This document shows, one piece after another, positions 59,542 through 64,000 of a DNA stretch of 64,000 nt. Positions within the stretch are counted from its first letter, which is position 1, and every line of letters begins with the position of its first letter. A program made the translations under genes and the position numbers. This stretch comes from Candidatus Staskawiczbacteria bacterium (GTDB lineage: Bacteria > Patescibacteriota > Minisyncoccia > Minisyncoccales > Staskawiczbacteraceae): contig JAPLZC010000010.1 in assembly GCA_026395215.1 (NCBI GenBank), positions 7,371-71,370 on the forward strand, given 5' to 3'. The notes below the pieces were generated by a model that worked only from the letters and a program-made list of their open reading frames with translations, was not told where the DNA came from and made no database searches.

Positions 59542-61263
59542 TTACGCTACTTCCTGCTGATAACAACTTTCGCAATACACAATCTCTGGCCTGTCGGGTG
59601 CATAGCTGGTTTCAAATTCGTTAGTACAACCTGGTCTCATACAACTGCGGTGCCAGAGCTTTGGCGGATTGCGCCAGGCAAAACGCGCATAATGCCTACA
59701 ATTTTGGCATGTTTGTGGCAATGGAATATTAAGCTTTTTATAAAACTGCAACTCTTGTTTCGTAATTTTAAAAACTCCATTGCATTCATGCTCACATTTT
59801 CCCGCATGAGGACAACTTATTACTTCTTTTAAAATACTGTCGTCCACGTCTTTAATGTAATCGGGTAACTCAGGGCTAGACTTTGTAGCATTAAATTCTT
59901 TATTCTTTTGCTCACGCCAAACAAACCCCTGCTCTTCAACCTCCTTTTTTGTCAAAGGAAAAAAATCTTGGGCAAACGACTCATTGTAGGCAGTAGGGCT
60001 CATTTCTGTTGGAAAAAATTCACCGTATTTATAGACACAGCCTTTTTTATCTATGTATGGCATTTCGTTCATATGGGCAATAATTTTAGGAACAAGTGCT
60101 TCGTATTCCTCTTTGGTATATCTCTTGTTCAAAATACAATACTGCTTGTTGCGTAGGCCGATACATCCAAATAAGAAAGAGGAGTTTTGTAAACAACCAA
60201 AACAATATCTAAGGTTAGAAACGGAGCCAAACGACAATGAAGAAAATGCAACATCATATACTCCCTTCCCCACACCGAGCGATTCATAAATTAACTCTGA
60301 ACCATTACCAAAATTACTATGGTCATAAGAATCTTTTGCTGGCCCAACAGTAAAATTTTGGCAATATTTAAGATTTTCTCCTCCAACTAATCTCCAACAA
60401 TGCTTAGAATTTTTTGAATTGTAAATATAGTTTCCAGAAACGTCTTGATTGTGTCTGCCATGAATATATTTGTTTGGAAATTTTATCCAAAAATCTATAG
60501 CTTGTTGTCTTAAGGTTTCAATATTTTTCCTTGAGCTAATTCCAAATTCTTTTAACTTCTCCGCATACTTTTCTTTAGAACAAGGTTCATTAAAAATATG
60601 ATAAGATTTGTTTTTTAAATTTATGCAACCAAAGCAGTTATTACATCCAACGCAGTTTTTAGAAAACACCACCTCGTTACAATCTTCACAGCTTACTGAA
60701 AATAGTGTTTTATAACATTTGGTAATATCAACACAATCATAACAAAGCTCCGATTCATTAAATATATAACAATCAACAATATCTTTAGATTTTGCACCCC
60801 AAATAGAATATGCACAATTTTCTATATATGAAGCGGCAAAACATAGATAACAATCCTTTGGTTCCGTAGCATTGGAAGAAAAGTCGCTACGTATAGGGTT
60901 GATAAGCGGCCTAGACATTAACGGCACTTGGTGCAACAACTCTTTAAATTGCTCAAAAAATGATTTTGAAAAATCATACTCTTTGCCATACTCCATTGGA
61001 TCCCAGGAATCAGAGTACCATTCTGCTACCTCCAATATTTTTACTGGAGAATCTTCGTGGTACATAGAAAATATCTCTTTACCGTGGATATCTTTCTTCC
61101 TCATCAATTTCCATTCGTTTCTCCAGGCAAACCTACGTTGCAATCTGCACTCCGGACACCAAGTCGGCGCCGGAACCTTCATCTTCTCATAAAACGCAAA
61201 ATCATCCGGCTCAATTACGAAGTCTTTCTTACAATTCTGACATTGTCTAGTTTCTGACTGCAT
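59542..61263 (-). CDS. Cys-rich zinc-ribbon repeat protein, paralogue 2.
   Basis: Same architecture as paralogue 1. The start is re-set to MQSETRQCQNC (ATG 61263), 2 nt after the upstream stop. Confidence 0.7.
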   Translation of the reverse strand: MQSETRQCQNCKKDFVIEPDDFAFYEKMKVPAPTWCPECRLQRRFAWRNEWKLMRKKDIHGKEIFSMYHEDSPVKILEVAEWYSDSWDPMEYGKEYDFSKSFFEQFKELLHQVPLMSRPLINPIRSDFSSNATEPKDCYLCFAASYIENCAYSIWGAKSKDIVDCYIFNESELCYDCVDITKCYKTLFSVSCEDCNEVVFSKNCVGCNNCFGCINLKNKSYHIFNEPCSKEKYAEKLKEFGISSRKNIETLRQQAIDFWIKFPNKYIHGRHNQDVSGNYIYNSKNSKHCWRLVGGENLKYCQNFTVGPAKDSYDHSNFGNGSELIYESLGVGKGVYDVAFSSLSFGSVSNLRYCFGCLQNSSFLFGCIGLRNKQYCILNKRYTKEEYEALVPKIIAHMNEMPYIDKKGCVYKYGEFFPTEMSPTAYNESFAQDFFPLTKKEVEEQGFVWREQKNKEFNATKSSPELPDYIKDVDDSILKEVISCPHAGKCEHECNGVFKITKQELQFYKKLNIPLPQTCQNCRHYARFAWRNPPKLWHRSCMRPGCTNEFETSYAPDRPEIVYCESCYQQEVA

Positions 61264-61265
61264 AT

Positions 61266-62960
61266 TTAATATATTTCTTGTTGATAACAACTTTCGCAAT
61301 AAATAATTTCTGGTCTTTCTGGCGCATAAGAAGTTTCAAATTCGTTTTGACATCCTGGCTTCATACATTTTCTATGCCAAAGCTTTATAGGACTTCTTTG
61401 TCTAAAACGTTGGTAATGCCTACAACTTGGACAAAAACGTGGTAGAGGCAAATTCATCTTCCTGTAAAACTGCAATTCTTCTAGAATAATTTTAAAAGCA
61501 GTGGCACATTGTTCATTACAAGCACCCTTATGCGCGCATTCTATAACCTTGCCAACAATGTCATCTGTCACATCTTTAATGTTGTCTGGCAGATCTTCTG
61601 ACTTTATATCTACTTTATAAACTTTTTCTTCGGAATCTTTCCATTTGTAACCTTTCTCTATGGCCTGTTCTTTTGTTAAAGGAAAATACTCTTGAGCTAT
61701 TGTTTCATTATAAGCAAAGAGTGAAAGAGCTATTGGAAAATATTCGCCATATTCTTTTGTTGAGGTCATATGCTCAATAATCTTTGGTACTAATTCTTCG
61801 TACTTTTCTTTAGTATATTGCTTATTCAAAATACAATAAGATTTATTTCGTAAATTTACACACCCAAAAAGATTATTGCTTGAATGACAATTATAGCAAT
61901 AAGTAATGTCGTGCGAGCTAGAAGTCATAAAAGAAAGTTTGACTCTAGAACAATTTGAAAAAGTAGCAAGTGAATCGTAAACTAGTTCTGATTTATGCCC
62001 CGCGTGGTCAACATTTCTGGCATCTCTCAATCCCCAACCTACTATAAAAGCATTTTTTAAATCTTCTGCTTCCCCATGCGCATCAAAACAATTTACTGCA
62101 TTTTTGCAATTCTCAATGTTGTTTCCGGTAGAACCTGGAGATTTAATAATGTACGCGTATTTGTGCGGAAATTTCAGCTTAAACTCATCAAATTTATTTT
62201 TAAACTCCTGCAATTTAGAGTGACTGCCCAAATCTAACTCTTCTAATTTTTTAAAATATTCTTCCTTGGCATATTGCTCATTGAAAATACAATATGATTT
62301 ATTGCGCAAACTAACACACCCCAAACAATTATTTAGATTAACCCCGTCATATATAAACATTGAGTCAGCACTGTCGCGAGTGTACTGAGCATAAGATACT
62401 TTATGATTTTTCTCGGTATCTATGTTTTCATAAGAAAGCTCAGACTTATCTGTCCAATAAGTATCAAAAACGTTTTTGCTGTAAAAACAAAAGGTTGAAT
62501 AAGCACAATCCTCATTAAAATCTCCCCCAAAAACTAAATAACAATTTTTGTTACCAGTAGTTATATTACAATAATCACTATCAACGTTGTTGAAGTTTAA
62601 AAGATTAGACCACGGTATTCCTTTCATCAAATGGCCAAATTGCGTAAAAAACGGTTTTGAAAAATCAAAATCTTTGCCATATGTCAGTGGATCCCAATTA
62701 TCTGACCACCAGTCGTCGTGAGCATAAACCGTAAGCTGTTTGTCAGGTGAATACATTGAAATAATATCTTTACCGCCCTTACTTTCCTTTCTTTTGTAAA
62801 GCGTACGTTCATTTCTAAAGGCCATCCTTCGCACAAACTGACAGTTTGAACACCAAGTCGGTGCCGGCACCCCCATCTTCTCATAAAACGCAAAATCATC
62901 CGACTCTACGGTAAAGTTTTGTTTACAATTTTGGCATGCTTTTGTTTCTTGATCAGACAT
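61266..62960 (-). CDS. Cys-rich zinc-ribbon repeat protein, paralogue 3.
   Basis: Same architecture as paralogues 1 and 2; ends YAPERPEIIYCESCYQQEIY. Confidence 0.7.
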   Translation of the reverse strand: MSDQETKACQNCKQNFTVESDDFAFYEKMGVPAPTWCSNCQFVRRMAFRNERTLYKRKESKGGKDIISMYSPDKQLTVYAHDDWWSDNWDPLTYGKDFDFSKPFFTQFGHLMKGIPWSNLLNFNNVDSDYCNITTGNKNCYLVFGGDFNEDCAYSTFCFYSKNVFDTYWTDKSELSYENIDTEKNHKVSYAQYTRDSADSMFIYDGVNLNNCLGCVSLRNKSYCIFNEQYAKEEYFKKLEELDLGSHSKLQEFKNKFDEFKLKFPHKYAYIIKSPGSTGNNIENCKNAVNCFDAHGEAEDLKNAFIVGWGLRDARNVDHAGHKSELVYDSLATFSNCSRVKLSFMTSSSHDITYCYNCHSSNNLFGCVNLRNKSYCILNKQYTKEKYEELVPKIIEHMTSTKEYGEYFPIALSLFAYNETIAQEYFPLTKEQAIEKGYKWKDSEEKVYKVDIKSEDLPDNIKDVTDDIVGKVIECAHKGACNEQCATAFKIILEELQFYRKMNLPLPRFCPSCRHYQRFRQRSPIKLWHRKCMKPGCQNEFETSYAPERPEIIYCESCYQQEIY

Positions 62961-63039
62961 AATACTAATATACTAATTTTATTCTAATCTACCAAAATAC
63001 GAATTCGCATGGGCGCTTTTGTAGAGCGCTTTTCGTGTG

Positions 63040-64000
63040 CTATTTTAGAAGATTGGTGACAATTTTTATTAATTTGTCTTTTTCCTTTGGGTCTGAAACT
63101 GCAATTAAAAGCGCTAGCGCGGCCAAACCGTTGTCATTTATTTTTCTTTCACCATTCTCTCTGTAAAGATATTTATTTTTGTCTAAAAAGTAAACAAACA
63201 AAAACGCAGCGCTTCTTTTGTTACCGTCAACAAATGGATGGTCCTTGATAATAAAATACAATATATGGGCGGCTTTTTCCTCTATGCTAGGATAGAGCTC
63301 TTTCTTGTCGAATGTCTGATAAATAGCGCCCATAAGCCCTTTTAGTTTTTCTCCATTTTCCTGCCCAAAAAATTCACTAGCTTCTTTTTTACCAACTAAT
63401 TCTTTCTTAATTTCAGCAATGACTTTTTGCGCCACAGAATAATCTAAAACAAATTTACCCTTGCCCTGTTTAGACAAAACCACTTTTTCAGTATCGTACT
63501 GCTCAAGCAATGTCAGGGTTTTTGAGTAATCTCCCAGCAAACTCAAAATCTCCTGCTCCTGCCCAGCAAGCAATTCGTGCTTAGATTTTTGCTTCAAAAA
63601 TTCAACTGCGGATTTTAACTCCTCAAACTTACTCTCCGCCTCAAGCAATCTCTTTTCATTTATAACGTAGCCCTTTAAAAGATAATTTTTAAGAGTATTT
63701 GTTGCCCATATTCTGAATTGAGTGGCGCGCTTGGAATTGACTCGATACCCGACTGCAATAACCGCATCTAAACTATAAAATTTAACGGGTTTATCGGAAT
63801 TAGGAACGTTCCATTTTGGAACATTGCTTTTTTCATCAAGCTCGCCCGACTTAAAAATATTGTTCAGATGTTTAGTAATCGCGGGTCTTTGCGTGCCAAA
63901 AAGCAACGCAATTTGATCCTGCGTAAGCCAAATGGTCTCATTTTCCAATGAAACATCAATTTTTACCTTTTTATCAGGGGTTTGATATATAACTATCTCC
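63040..64000 (-). CDS. RhuM-family N-terminal domain fused to a Fic/Doc domain; the 5' end lies outside the window.
   Basis: Motifs LENETIWLTQDQIALLF and GYRVNSKRATQFRIWAT, with the Fic/Doc motif HPFVDGNKRSAA. The track start at 63948 is TTG, and the frame stays open upstream (IVIYQTPDKKVKIDVS). Confidence 0.8.
   Translation of the reverse strand, partial: EIVIYQTPDKKVKIDVSLENETIWLTQDQIALLFGTQRPAITKHLNNIFKSGELDEKSNVPKWNVPNSDKPVKFYSLDAVIAVGYRVNSKRATQFRIWATNTLKNYLLKGYVINEKRLLEAESKFEELKSAVEFLKQKSKHELLAGQEQEILSLLGDYSKTLTLLEQYDTEKVVLSKQGKGKFVLDYSVAQKVIAEIKKELVGKKEASEFFGQENGEKLKGLMGAIYQTFDKKELYPSIEEKAAHILYFIIKDHPFVDGNKRSAAFLFVYFLDKNKYLYRENGERKINDNGLAALALLIAVSDPKEKDKLIKIVTNLLK

Noticed and set aside
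61266-61299. A 34-nt overlap between Cys-rich paralogues 2 and 3.
   Set aside because: This is an artefact of the longest-ORF call. The conserved N-terminus (MQSETRQCQNC) starts at 61263, giving a 2-nt gap instead.

Overview
This is a 64-kb, gene-dense, mostly minus-strand chromosomal segment from an AT-rich, reduced-genome bacterium. My hand counts on 60-100-nt samples give 30-39% G+C in housekeeping genes. The gene content and style suggest a Patescibacteria/CPR-type organism (inference only): a single-chain PheRS, a TGS-less ThrRS, a SWIB protein, a giant repeat adhesin, a DGR, and short GC-rich hairpin words.

Backbone genes: rnhB, dnaE, thrS, glmS, miaB-miaA, gatB, a folA-thyA-tmk-kinase-Nudix-dCMP deaminase block, rplK-nusG-secE, ybaB, gyrB, pheS, a DEAD-box helicase, ABC-F, a P-type ATPase, three tRNAs interleaved with two GIY-YIG ORFs, a beta-CASP hydrolase, lepA, murJ, RNase P RNA, metK, a DHH phosphoesterase and pgk.

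Superimposed on this backbone are discrete islands of 55-61% G+C (hand counts). Most sit behind a near-consensus TTGACA-N16/17-TAnnnT promoter.

Most notable observations:
1. A complete diversity-generating retroelement at 33.0-36.0 kb. TR and VR are 124 nt each and differ at 17 positions, 16 of them TR adenines. The avd gene is inverted, and the target gene is about 60% G+C against about 30% for the RT.
2. A radical-SAM/SPASM enzyme followed by an RBS-equipped 53-aa Gly/Asp/Ser-rich single-Cys peptide at 52.9-54.2 kb, a candidate uncharacterised RiPP-like cassette.
3. Three tandem, translationally coupled Cys-rich paralogues (57.8-63.0 kb), next to a RhuM-Fic/Doc gene.
4. A giant adhesin gene split by a 10-nt indel inside a near-identical tandem repeat.
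5. Short repeat words (phased heptamers and GC-rich hairpins) sitting in-frame inside conserved genes.

The ORF track uses TTG/GTG as well as ATG starts, so several starts were re-set. No CRISPR array, rRNA, integrase or transposase was seen.
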